A stretch of 64,000 bases of DNA, from assembly GCA_947629905.1 (NCBI GenBank), contig CANRFM010000008.1, positions 5,811-69,810 on the forward strand. Reading direction: 5' to 3'. The first letter of the stretch is position 1. Every line of letters starts with the position of its first letter. Below the pieces are notes generated by a model, which was not told the DNA's origin, ran no database searches, and saw only the letters and a program-made list of their open reading frames with translations. Source of the stretch: an uncultured Clostridia bacterium. GTDB lineage: Bacteria; Bacillota; Clostridia; Oscillospirales; Ruminococcaceae. The position numbers and the translations under genes are program-made. Positions 33,688 to 42,540 of this stretch are shown here, piece by piece.

Positions 33688-34491
33688 ATGACGGACATGG
33701 AAAAGCTGAACCGCTTTACACGGCGGGCGCTCACGGAGGAGGAGGTCTATCTCTTTGATGTGATCCTCTGTGACAATGATGTGGACAGGGATATGGAACG
33801 GTTTTCTGATGCGGCTTTAGAGCAGATGCAGAAGCTCTTTGTCGGGAAAACGGGGATCTTCGATCACAATATGCGCTCCGTGGGACAGACGGCTCGCATT
33901 TATGATGCGGCTGTTGTGAAAGAACCGGACAAGCGCACGAAAGACGGCAGGACTTACTGTTCGCTCCGGGCGAAAGCCTATATGGTGCGCACGGACTCGA
34001 ATGCTGACCTGATCCGGGAAATCGAGGGCGGTATCAAGAAAGAGGTCAGCGTTTCCTGCTCGGCAGCAAAGCGTATTTGCTCCGTCTGCGGGGCTGACAG
34101 GGCGCAGGCTGTCTGTGCGCACGTGCCGGGCAGGACGTATGGCGACAAGTTCTGTCATACGATCTTAGATGATGTGCAGGATGCGTATGAATGGAGCTTT
34201 GTGGCAGTGCCGGCGCAGGTCGGGGCAGGTGTTACCAAACATTTCAGCGGAAAGGAGAATGACGGCATGGAACAGGTACAGGAGACTTTGCAGGAAGTAG
34301 AAAAAATGCTCCGGGCGGAGGTACTCAACCTTTGCGGCGGAACGGGGACGGTTTCAAAGGCGATGCAGCTTGCAGCAGAAAAAATGGACGTGCGGGAGCT
34401 GATGCAGTTCCGGCAGGCGCTGCTTGCTTCGGAAACGGCAGAGAATGTGCAGCTTGCGGGGGCGCAGCTCGATGCTTTTGTGCAGAGATAA
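33688..34491 (+). CDS. Prohead protease-like / scaffold-like protein
   Basis: LFDVILCDNDVDRDMERFSDAAL...GIFDHN...EVSVSC...EWSFVAVPAQ resembles the S78 prohead protease layout. It has a Cys cluster CSVCGADRAQAVCAH and a helical acidic C-terminus. Confidence 0.45.
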   Translation: MTDMEKLNRFTRRALTEEEVYLFDVILCDNDVDRDMERFSDAALEQMQKLFVGKTGIFDHNMRSVGQTARIYDAAVVKEPDKRTKDGRTYCSLRAKAYMVRTDSNADLIREIEGGIKKEVSVSCSAAKRICSVCGADRAQAVCAHVPGRTYGDKFCHTILDDVQDAYEWSFVAVPAQVGAGVTKHFSGKENDGMEQVQETLQEVEKMLRAEVLNLCGGTGTVSKAMQLAAEKMDVRELMQFRQALLASETAENVQLAGAQLDAFVQR

Positions 34492-34503
34492 GGGGGACTG
34501 GGT

Positions 34504-34857
34504 TTGAATATTCAGATGATCAGTTCGCTGTTTGTGCTTTTTTCCGGTGAGACGGACAGCAGACGGTATTTGCCGCTGATCACGGCTGCGGTATATGAAG
34601 TGATGCAGCAGCTGCGCCCGGAAGTGGACGGTTCGGAGGCAAGGCTCTGCTATCTGGCGGCGGCGGTGGCTAATCTTCGCTATGTGCAGATGTTCGGGGC
34701 AAGGGAATCGGCGCTGGCGACCTATGCGGGGAATGTCACGAGAAATTCGGACTTTTCCCCTGCCCGCTTTGCGAAACAGCTTGTGCTTTCCTACAGGCGG
34801 CTCTGTGCGGACTTGCTGAAAGAAGAGGATTTTGTATTTACTGGCGTCAGGGGGTGA
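34504..34857 (+). CDS. Small phage-module protein (possible head-tail adaptor)
   Basis: TTG start 7 nt after AAGGGGGA. The protein is 117 aa. The call rests on position after the head genes only. Confidence 0.4.
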   Translation: MNIQMISSLFVLFSGETDSRRYLPLITAAVYEVMQQLRPEVDGSEARLCYLAAAVANLRYVQMFGARESALATYAGNVTRNSDFSPARFAKQLVLSYRRLCADLLKEEDFVFTGVRG

Positions 34858-35269
34858 GGGCTTGCTGGCATTGACGGAACAAGTGGTCGGACACCTGAAA
34901 GCGGCTGGGCTGCGGGAGGTCTATCCTGCCTTTGATGCTGTGCCGTTTTCACGCAAATCGCAGACACTTTTTACGGTCATTACACCGGAAGCCATACAGC
35001 TCGATCTCCCTTTCCCTGACAACAGGGGGGATGTCCGTCCGTTTACGGCACGGTTCCGTGCTTCGGTGCTGATCCCGATGGGCTCACCGGTGCAGTGGGC
35101 GGAGGATTTCTTTTACGAAAAACTGCTGCCGTATCTGGAGCAGATGGGCAGCGTACTGTGTGAGATCCATGCACCGCAGACAGATATTGCACTGGGGCGT
35201 GTGGTGTTTGCGGCATCGTTCCGGCTGCGGGGAATGTATATCGATGACGGAGAGGGGGGCGCACTATGA
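34832..35269 (+). CDS. Small phage-module protein (possible head completion/neck)
   Basis: The ORF is tightly packed with its neighbours. The start is uncertain; an alternative TTG at 34862 follows GGGGTGAGG. Confidence 0.4.
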   Translation: MYLLASGGEGLLALTEQVVGHLKAAGLREVYPAFDAVPFSRKSQTLFTVITPEAIQLDLPFPDNRGDVRPFTARFRASVLIPMGSPVQWAEDFFYEKLLPYLEQMGSVLCEIHAPQTDIALGRVVFAASFRLRGMYIDDGEGGAL

Positions 35270-35658
35270 GCTTGCAATTACGGCAGATGCAGGATATTCC
35301 GTTACTGGTCAATGATATTCTGCTGCGCCTGACGGACTATGCTATTACGGGCGGCTGTCTGGTGCGGGAAGAGGGTACGGCAGAGGGAACGGCAGTGATC
35401 ACTGCCTGCTACCCCAAAGGCACAAGGCTGACACTGAAGGGCAGACTGACGGACATGAACACGGACACGGCAAAAACGGCAGCGGCACTCGATGACATTC
35501 TGCATAGCGGTTCGGCTTGTAAGGTGACGATCGGGGCGCTGCACTGCAGTGAACTGCGGCTGGTGGGGTATGCACTTTCCGGGGGAGAAGATTTCCCGGT
35601 GCTGAAGCTGGTGTTCTACACGCAGGCGGCGCTTACGGAGATGACAGAATGGAACTGA
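35266..35658 (+). CDS. Small phage-module protein, unknown
   Basis: The protein is 130 aa, with an ATGA overlap with the upstream ORF. Confidence 0.4.
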   Translation: MSLQLRQMQDIPLLVNDILLRLTDYAITGGCLVREEGTAEGTAVITACYPKGTRLTLKGRLTDMNTDTAKTAAALDDILHSGSACKVTIGALHCSELRLVGYALSGGEDFPVLKLVFYTQAALTEMTEWN

Positions 35659-36575
35659 CACTGCGGCTGTATGCGGGGGACAGCTATACGGATGAGCACA
35701 CGTGTATCGGGCTTTCCCTCGAACGGGAAGCGTATACGCCATATACGCAGCTTTCGGCTTTGTTTCTTTCTACAGCGCCGGACGGGTATGGGGCAGTCAG
35801 CCGGATAGAACTGCTTTGGGGGGATGTGCTCCTGTGCTGCGGGACAACAGACCTTGTGGACTGTTATTGGAAAGACGGCGCACGTCTGGTGCGGGTGCGC
35901 TCCCGGAGTTTTACGGCGGCACTGCTGCAAAATGAATTTCCGCAGGGGATGTATACGAATATCACCTTTGCGCAGCTGATGACGGATTTCTGTCAGATGC
36001 CGCACGTCACCTACGAAAACGAAACACGCACCAATTATATTGCCGTCAAAGAGGGGACGACTGCATGGGACTGCGTGGTGGCATTCGGCTATAAGCTGAC
36101 AAATCACTACCCCTATATCGTGGACAACTGTGTGATGCTCAGTCCGCCGGCTGCGCCGGTGCTGCATACGGTCGATGCTGCACAGGTGACGGCTTACGGG
36201 GAGACGGCTGACTCGACAAGGATCATCAGCCATTATCACATGGAAGAAATAGACGGCACGCCGAATGCCTATGAATCGGTAAATGCTGCGGCGGCGGCTT
36301 CGGAGATCGTGCGGCACAAGCAGATCACCTTTGACAGGCAGTTTGCCTATTTCCCGATGCAGGCACTATCGTTCCGGAATGCCTATTCCTGCCGGCAGAG
36401 CAGGTCGAAATACCTTGTCTACAACGGCTTTGGCAATGAGCAGATCGGGGACAAGGTCAGCTTCGGGGCATTTATGGACAATATGACGATCAGCCGGGTA
36501 CTGCTCACGGTCGGGCAGCAAGGTGTCCGTACCAAGCTGTGGGCGTATCAGGATGAATTTTATAATACGAAATAG
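35649..36575 (+). CDS. Phage-module protein, unknown (308 aa)
   Basis: This is the last ORF of the module and overlaps the upstream ORF by 10 nt. No motif was recognised. Confidence 0.45.
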   Translation: MELTLRLYAGDSYTDEHTCIGLSLEREAYTPYTQLSALFLSTAPDGYGAVSRIELLWGDVLLCCGTTDLVDCYWKDGARLVRVRSRSFTAALLQNEFPQGMYTNITFAQLMTDFCQMPHVTYENETRTNYIAVKEGTTAWDCVVAFGYKLTNHYPYIVDNCVMLSPPAAPVLHTVDAAQVTAYGETADSTRIISHYHMEEIDGTPNAYESVNAAAAASEIVRHKQITFDRQFAYFPMQALSFRNAYSCRQSRSKYLVYNGFGNEQIGDKVSFGAFMDNMTISRVLLTVGQQGVRTKLWAYQDEFYNTK

Positions 36576-36626
36576 GGAGATCCGCTCCCTTTCCACTTTC
36601 TCCGGTTTTGCCGGTTTATATAGAGA

Positions 36627-36666
36627 GACCCCGGTGCTTTTTACGGCACCGGGGTCGTTGTTTTTT
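36627..36666 (+). terminator. Rho-independent terminator after the phage-like module
   Basis: An 11-bp perfect stem gaccccggtgc / gcaccggggtc is followed by gttgtttttt. Confidence 0.75.
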
Positions 36667-36674
36667 CTGGCAGG

Positions 36675-36989
36675 CTATTTCTCCTGCTTGGTTTCTGCTT
36701 CATCATAACAGGGAAAGTGGGGTACTTCTTCTCCCGTTGTATCGTAGAAATACTGTTTCAGCTCGTCAAGACGCTTGTCCAGTCTTTTGAAATCCCGTGG
36801 CTTCTCGCATTTGAGCGCATCGTGCCGCCAAATATGTTGGGCTTCTCTCATATTTTTCACAAACGGATGTTCCTCGTCATCCATATTCATGTTGTGATTG
36901 AACATATAGCGGAAGTATATTGCCGCTACATCATTGGCATAGTCCATAAGGCATTCCGTTTCAAGTGTCCGGTCAAACTTCTTTTGCAT
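36675..36989 (-). CDS. Hypothetical protein (104 aa)
   Basis: ATG at 36989 follows GGAGAA. The sequence MQKKFDRTLETECLMDYANDV... has no recognised family. It is the last gene of the minus-strand string. Confidence 0.5.
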   Translation of the reverse strand: MQKKFDRTLETECLMDYANDVAAIYFRYMFNHNMNMDDEEHPFVKNMREAQHIWRHDALKCEKPRDFKRLDKRLDELKQYFYDTTGEEVPHFPCYDEAETKQEK

Positions 36990-37017
36990 GACTGTTCTCC
37001 TTTCATGAAATGGCTGT

Positions 37018-37593
37018 TTACTTGAGGTCAATATATTTCCAGTAGCCTTTCAGATACACTGCACCCGAAATCACCGTCAGCAGCACGGAGAGCCACACCA
37101 GTACGGTCATGACAAGATTTACAATACCTGCGGCACTTCCGGAAAAGGTCGGGACAAATTCGCAGACCGAAAACCAGAGGAGAATGCCCACGATCGTCAC
37201 CATGGTGAATGCGGTTTTCAGCTTGCCCCAGATACCGGCTGCGACTACAACACCTTTTTCTGCTGTCACAAGGCGCAGTCCGCTTACCATGAATTCCCGT
37301 GCGGCAATAATCGTCACCACAATGCCATTGACCGGGCAGTCATACACGTCCGACAGCACTGCCAATGCCGCAAGCACGAGAATTTTATCCGCAAGCGGGT
37401 CTGCGAATTTACCGAATGTTGTAATTAAATTGTCCCGCCGGGCAATTTTCCCGTCCAGTGCATCCGTAATAGATGCTGCCGCAAATATCAGCAGGGCGCA
37501 GCTCACGTGAAACGGGAAATTCACATACATACACACCAGAAACACCGGGACAAGGCAGATGCGCAGCAAGGTCAGCTTGTTCGGGAGATTCAT
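37018..37593 (-). CDS. pgsA: CDP-diacylglycerol--glycerol-3-phosphate 3-phosphatidyltransferase
   Basis: The CDP-alcohol phosphatidyltransferase motif DALDGKIARRDNLITTFGKFADPLADK is present, and the protein is polytopic. Confidence 0.85.
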   Translation of the reverse strand: MNLPNKLTLLRICLVPVFLVCMYVNFPFHVSCALLIFAAASITDALDGKIARRDNLITTFGKFADPLADKILVLAALAVLSDVYDCPVNGIVVTIIAAREFMVSGLRLVTAEKGVVVAAGIWGKLKTAFTMVTIVGILLWFSVCEFVPTFSGSAAGIVNLVMTVLVWLSVLLTVISGAVYLKGYWKYIDLK

Positions 37594-38915
37594 GCGATCA
37601 CCTCGCCCAGCAGGTCATAATCCAGTGTATCAGTGATGCGGATCTTTACATAATCGCCGATCTGCAATTGTTCCTCGGATGTAAAGAATACCTTGCCGTC
37701 AATGTCCGGCGCATCGGCTTCGGTCCTGCCGAAATAGCATTCTGCCCAGCGGTCAAAGCCCTCGACGACTGCTGTTTTTACCGTGTCAAGCTGTGCGGCA
37801 TTGTAGTCCGCACTGATCTGTGCCTGATGTTCCATGAGGATGTCCGCACGGTGCAGGCGTTCTTCCTCTTCGACCTGATCGGGCATTTCGGCTGCCTTGG
37901 TGCCCTCTTCCTGAGAATAGGCAAAGCACCCCATGCGTTCAAAGTGCATTGCCTTGACAAATTCTGCAAGCTCCGTGAACTGTGCTTCTGTCTCCCCCGG
38001 AAAGCCTGTCATCAGCGTTGTCCGGAGTACGATGCCGGGGATACGCTCCCGGAGTCTGGCGATCAGCGCCTGTAATTCCGCTTTAGTAGAAGGACGGTTC
38101 ATGCGGTGCAGGATCTCGTCATTGCAGTGCTGAATGGGCATATCGATATATTTCACGATCTTGTCCTGATTCGCTATCGTGTCAATGAGTTCGTCCGTGA
38201 TGCGCTCCGGGTAGCAGTACAGCACCCGTATCCAGCGGAGCTTTTCAATTTCACACAGCTTGTTCAGCAATTCCGGCAGGCAGGGCTTGCCGTAGAGGTC
38301 TTCCCCGTAGCGGGTCGTATCCTGTGCGATCACGCACAGCTCCGTTACGCCGTTTTCTGCAAGCTGACGGGCTTCGGTGAGTACATCTTCCATCGGTACG
38401 CTCCGGTAGCCGCCCCGTATCATCGGAATGGCGCAGTAGGTGCAGCAATTGGAGCAGCCCTCGGCGATTTTCAGGTAGGAGAAAAAGGGCAGCGTGGTGA
38501 TGATGCGGTCTCCGGTCAGTTCGGCATCCCGCTTTTGGGAAAACTGTACCACCCGCTCCCCGTGCAGCACCCTGTCTAAAATGTCCACAATGTCCTTGTT
38601 GTCGCCGATTCCGATGACGGCATCGGCTTCCGGAAATTCTTTGGCAGCTTCTTCCCGGTAACGTTCTGTCAGGCAGCCTGTGAGGATGAGCTTTTTCACC
38701 GTACCCTCTTTTTTCAGGGCGGCAATTTCAAGAATGGTCTCGATCGCCTCTTCCTTTGCCGCCTGAATGAAGCCGCAGGTGTTCACCACTGCCACATCGG
38801 ACTCCCCAAATTCTGTCACCAGTTCATAGCCGTGTACACGGAGCTTTTTCAGCATCCGTTCGGAGTCCACCAAATTCTTGCTGCATCCGAGCGATACCAT
38901 ACTAACTTTGATCAC
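37590..38915 (-). CDS. rimO: Ribosomal protein S12 methylthiotransferase
   Basis: N-terminus is VSLGCSKNLVDSE. The radical-SAM motif is CSNCCTYCAIP. The C-terminus is TRAM-like. Confidence 0.8.
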   Translation of the reverse strand: MIKVSMVSLGCSKNLVDSERMLKKLRVHGYELVTEFGESDVAVVNTCGFIQAAKEEAIETILEIAALKKEGTVKKLILTGCLTERYREEAAKEFPEADAVIGIGDNKDIVDILDRVLHGERVVQFSQKRDAELTGDRIITTLPFFSYLKIAEGCSNCCTYCAIPMIRGGYRSVPMEDVLTEARQLAENGVTELCVIAQDTTRYGEDLYGKPCLPELLNKLCEIEKLRWIRVLYCYPERITDELIDTIANQDKIVKYIDMPIQHCNDEILHRMNRPSTKAELQALIARLRERIPGIVLRTTLMTGFPGETEAQFTELAEFVKAMHFERMGCFAYSQEEGTKAAEMPDQVEEEERLHRADILMEHQAQISADYNAAQLDTVKTAVVEGFDRWAECYFGRTEADAPDIDGKVFFTSEEQLQIGDYVKIRITDTLDYDLLGEVIA

Positions 38916-39553
38916 GCCTCGTCCTCCTCGTCCGTTTCGTTCGCAAAATAATCTGCAATGGCAGCTTTTACGCTTCGATAATCATACCCAAGCCTTGCCA
39001 TACCGGCAATGACCTTTTCCCGTGTCCGGTAGTCTTTCGGGTCGGTCAGCACTTTGCCGTACTTCTTTTTCAGCACCTCCGGCAGGTTCTCCTCTGCCGT
39101 GTCGGCATACTGCTCTAAAATTTCTTCCGTCAGCGTTTTGTCAAGCCCCCGGTGCAGCATTTCCTGCTCTGCCCGGAACAGCCCGTAGTGCTTGCGCTCC
39201 ACCAGATATTCTGCCAATTTTTCCGCATAGCGGGCATCGTTCAGCAAGCCTTTCTGCACAAGGGCTGCTATCACATACTGGCAGAGGGGCTTGTCCTGAT
39301 AGGTCTGCATCAGTTTCCGGTACAGCATCAGGCTCGAATAGTCCCTGTCATCGAGCAGATACAGCGCCCGCTGCATTGCCCTGTGGCGGCGGGACTTCTC
39401 GTGCAGCTCCGACAGCAGGTCTTCTTCCGCTTCTCCGCCGGCGGTGATGCCGTTCTTTTCGAGCAGTCTCCCGTCAATTTCATAGACGGCGGTTTCCGTC
39501 ACCACTTCATAATAGCTCCGCTTCCGCCTTAGCTCCTGTATCTGCATCGTCAC
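38912..39553 (-). CDS. recX: RecX regulatory protein
   Basis: It lies directly downstream of recA with a 4-nt overlap. The helical-repeat pattern [22 protein letters not shown] is present. Confidence 0.75.
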   Translation of the reverse strand: MTMQIQELRRKRSYYEVVTETAVYEIDGRLLEKNGITAGGEAEEDLLSELHEKSRRHRAMQRALYLLDDRDYSSLMLYRKLMQTYQDKPLCQYVIAALVQKGLLNDARYAEKLAEYLVERKHYGLFRAEQEMLHRGLDKTLTEEILEQYADTAEENLPEVLKKKYGKVLTDPKDYRTREKVIAGMARLGYDYRSVKAAIADYFANETDEEDEA

Positions 39554-40764
39554 TCGTCTGTCGGGTCAAATTCCTCGAAATCATCATCGGCACTGATGTC
39601 CTCGGCAATGTCCGGCACGTCCGCTTCGTCTGTCTTCGGGGGTTCTTCGCCGGTTTCAATCGCTTCCTGAACGGCTTCGGCATCCTCGTTTTCCTCATCG
39701 GAGGGGGACATATCGATCTGGTCGATGTGTTCCATGATCTTTGCCTCGATCTCCTTGCGGAATTCCTCGTCCTCGAGTAGGCGTTTCTTCACATTATCCC
39801 GTCCCTGTCCGAGTTTGTTGCCGTTATAGCTGAACCACGAGCCGCTCTTCTTGATGATGTCCAGCTCTACAGCAAGGTCGGCGATCTCCCCATTCCGGGA
39901 AATGCCCTTGCCGTAGATATTGTCAAATTCACACTCACGGAACGGCGGAGCGACTTTGTTCTTGACGACTTTCACTTTCATGCGGTTGCCGTAGGGGACA
40001 CCGCCCTCTTTGAGTACCTCGCCCTTGCGCACGTCCATGCGGATGGTGGCATAGAATTTCAGGGCACGGCCGCCGGGGGTCGTTTCGGGGTTGCCATACA
40101 TGACACCGATCTTTTCACGGATCTGGTTGATGAAAATGGCAACGCAGCCCGTCTTGGAAATGACAGCGGTCAGCTTGCGCATTGCCTGCGACATCAGGCG
40201 AGCAAGCTGTCCGACATGGCTGTCGCCCATTTCGCCGTCGATTTCGGCTTTGGTCGTCATGGCAGCAACGGAGTCCACGACCAGTACATCCACACCGCCC
40301 GAACGGACAAGCTGTTCGGAGATCTCCAGTGCCTGTTCGCCGCTGTCCGGCTGGGAGACGAGCAGTTCATTGATATTTACGCCCAAAGCCATGGCATATT
40401 TCGGGTCAAGGGCGTGTTCCACATCGATGAACGCTGCCGTGCCGCCCATTTTCTGGGCTTCGGCTACGATGTGGAGTGCAACGGTCGTCTTACCGGAGCT
40501 TTCCGGTCCGTACAGTTCGACGATACGTCCTCTCGGCACACCGCCGACACCTAATGCAAGATCCAGTGTCAGCGATCCGGTCGGGATGACTTCGACATCG
40601 ATTTTCTTCTTGTCCCCAAGGCGCATGACAGCACCCTCGCCAAAGGCTTTGGTGATCATTTTCATAGCACGGTCAAGGGCTGCCTGTTTCTCCTCTTTCG
40701 TGGTCGGTGCCTGATACATCGCAGGCTTTTTTTCCTTGGTTTTGGTCGTTTTGGCTTTTGCCAT
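39550..40764 (-). CDS. recA: Recombinase RecA (N-terminal basic extension, long acidic C-tail)
   Basis: ATG at 40764 follows AGGAGG. Motifs are [26 protein letters not shown] and VVVDSVAAM. The track ORF from 40824 lacks an SD. Confidence 0.95.
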   Translation of the reverse strand: MAKAKTTKTKEKKPAMYQAPTTKEEKQAALDRAMKMITKAFGEGAVMRLGDKKKIDVEVIPTGSLTLDLALGVGGVPRGRIVELYGPESSGKTTVALHIVAEAQKMGGTAAFIDVEHALDPKYAMALGVNINELLVSQPDSGEQALEISEQLVRSGGVDVLVVDSVAAMTTKAEIDGEMGDSHVGQLARLMSQAMRKLTAVISKTGCVAIFINQIREKIGVMYGNPETTPGGRALKFYATIRMDVRKGEVLKEGGVPYGNRMKVKVVKNKVAPPFRECEFDNIYGKGISRNGEIADLAVELDIIKKSGSWFSYNGNKLGQGRDNVKKRLLEDEEFRKEIEAKIMEHIDQIDMSPSDEENEDAEAVQEAIETGEEPPKTDEADVPDIAEDISADDDFEEFDPTDE

Positions 40765-41599
40765 CGTTAATTCCTCCTTCATATGTGCCGCAAGTACCCA
40801 ATACAATGCGGTCATTGCCGGCAAGATCCGGCAGTATTTCTATCTGCTGAAAACCCTGCTCCCTGAACAGATCCGCTACCGCTTTTCCCTGTGTTTCGCC
40901 TATCTCAAAGGCAAGCATCCCGCCGGGGCGGAGCTTCTGTTTCCAGAGCGGCAGCATCTTCCGGTAAAAAAGCAGCCCGTCCGTACCGCCACGCAGGGCA
41001 GTTTCCGGCTCACGGCGTACTTCCCTTTGCAGGGTGCACATTTCGGCATCGGTAATATAGGGCGGATTGCTGACGATCACGTCCGCTTCCGGGAGTGTTC
41101 TGCACAATGCAGCATCCAGTACATCCCCCTTGTGCAGCTTTACGGGCAAACCGTGCAGGGCACAATTGCGCCGGGCGTAGGACAATGCCGTTTCATACAG
41201 ATCCACGGCGTGTACTTCTGCCGCCGGGAACAGCTTTTGCAGTGCAAGCGCAATGCAGCCGCTGCCCGTACACAAATCAAGGATACAGTGCGGCGGCTTG
41301 CCGGCAAAGCGTTCCTGCACGGCATCGATCAGCGTTTCCGTATCCGGACGGGGGATCAGCACCCCCTCGCCCACGAACAGGCGCATACCGTAAAATTCCC
41401 ACTCCCCCAACAGATATTGCAGCGGTTCGCCTTCTATGCGGCGCTGTGAAAGCCTGTGAATTTCCGCTGCCTGTGCCGGGGTAGGCTGTGTGAAACCGTT
41501 TCCGGTGATGTGTCCGGTTAGGCACTGCGCTTCAAAGCGGGCATCGGGGATGCCGTTTGCCGCAAGCTGTGCGGTCAGTTCCGACAGGAAACTCACCAC
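40673..41599 (-). CDS. prmC: Release-factor glutamine methyltransferase with ~45-aa C-terminal read-on into recA
   Basis: Motifs are [13 protein letters not shown] and IVSNPPYI. The stop lies at 40673, 92 nt inside recA. Confidence 0.8.
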   Translation of the reverse strand: MVSFLSELTAQLAANGIPDARFEAQCLTGHITGNGFTQPTPAQAAEIHRLSQRRIEGEPLQYLLGEWEFYGMRLFVGEGVLIPRPDTETLIDAVQERFAGKPPHCILDLCTGSGCIALALQKLFPAAEVHAVDLYETALSYARRNCALHGLPVKLHKGDVLDAALCRTLPEADVIVSNPPYITDAEMCTLQREVRREPETALRGGTDGLLFYRKMLPLWKQKLRPGGMLAFEIGETQGKAVADLFREQGFQQIEILPDLAGNDRIVLGTCGTYEGGINDGKSQNDQNQGKKACDVSGTDHERGETGSP

Positions 41600-42540
41600 T
41601 TATCATCCTCCAGATTTTCGGGGATGCAGGGCTTGAGGGCTGCGATCGCTACCTCGATCTGTGAGGCATCCGGTTCCCGGGTGGTGATGCGCTGGAGCTG
41701 CAAGCCGGGGTAGGAGATGCACTTCGCCAGCCAGCCGTTACTTCTGCCGGCAAACTGGATGCACTCAAACGAACACCCGACCGTTACCGGCAGCAAAAGA
41801 ATGCTGCACAAAAAGCGCTGCCACGTCACCGTGAACGGCACAAAGCACATCACCAGAATGCTGATGAACAGCGTCAGGAAAATGAAACTCGTTCCGCAGC
41901 GGGGGTGCAGGCGGGTCTGTTTTTTCACGTTCTCCACCGTCAGCGGCAGACCTGCCTCAAAGCAGGCAATGGTCTTATGTTCTGCCCCATGATATTCATA
42001 GGTACGGCGGATGTCTTTCATCAGCCCCGTCAGCGCCATATAGCCGATAAAGATCACGATCTTGACAACGCCCTCTGCGAACGACCGCACAAAGCAGTTG
42101 ACCGTGAACGGCTTGACCAGTCCGACAAGCCATTTCGGGAGGAACAGAAACAGTGCCAGCGCCATAGCAAGCCCTATGAACATACTCACCGTCATGATAC
42201 CCTCCACGGTCTTTTCCGTGAAATGTTCGTCCAGCCATTTTTCAAATTTGGACTCGTTTTCTTCTTCCGCTTCTTCCTCCGTGATCTGCTTTTCGGCAGA
42301 TTTCATCATATATGTATAGCCGTCTGTCAGTGACATGATAAAGCTGTACACGCCCCGGATGAGCGGTGTACGGCGGTACCATGCCTTTTTCTTCGGCAGT
42401 TCCCATGTCTCGACATCCACCGTACCGTCCGGCAGGCGGCAAGCCATTGCCCCCGTGTAGACTCCTTTCATCATGATCCCCTCGATCAGTGCCTGTCCGC
42501 CGATCTTGCTCTTGTGACAGCACTTCTGCTTGTCGCTCAT
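41593..42540 (-). CDS. DUF1385-family membrane protein
   Basis: N-terminus is IGGQALIEGIMMKG. It sits in the position upstream of prmC that I recall as usual for this family. Confidence 0.7.
   Translation of the reverse strand: MSDKQKCCHKSKIGGQALIEGIMMKGVYTGAMACRLPDGTVDVETWELPKKKAWYRRTPLIRGVYSFIMSLTDGYTYMMKSAEKQITEEEAEEENESKFEKWLDEHFTEKTVEGIMTVSMFIGLAMALALFLFLPKWLVGLVKPFTVNCFVRSFAEGVVKIVIFIGYMALTGLMKDIRRTYEYHGAEHKTIACFEAGLPLTVENVKKQTRLHPRCGTSFIFLTLFISILVMCFVPFTVTWQRFLCSILLLPVTVGCSFECIQFAGRSNGWLAKCISYPGLQLQRITTREPDASQIEVAIAALKPCIPENLEDDKW

Noticed and set aside
40765-40920. Looked for a LexA/Cheo box and a recA promoter.
   Set aside because: There is no GAAC-N4-GTTC on either strand. A weak TTGTAT-N17-TATGAA would leave a leader of only a few nt, so it is not reported as a feature.
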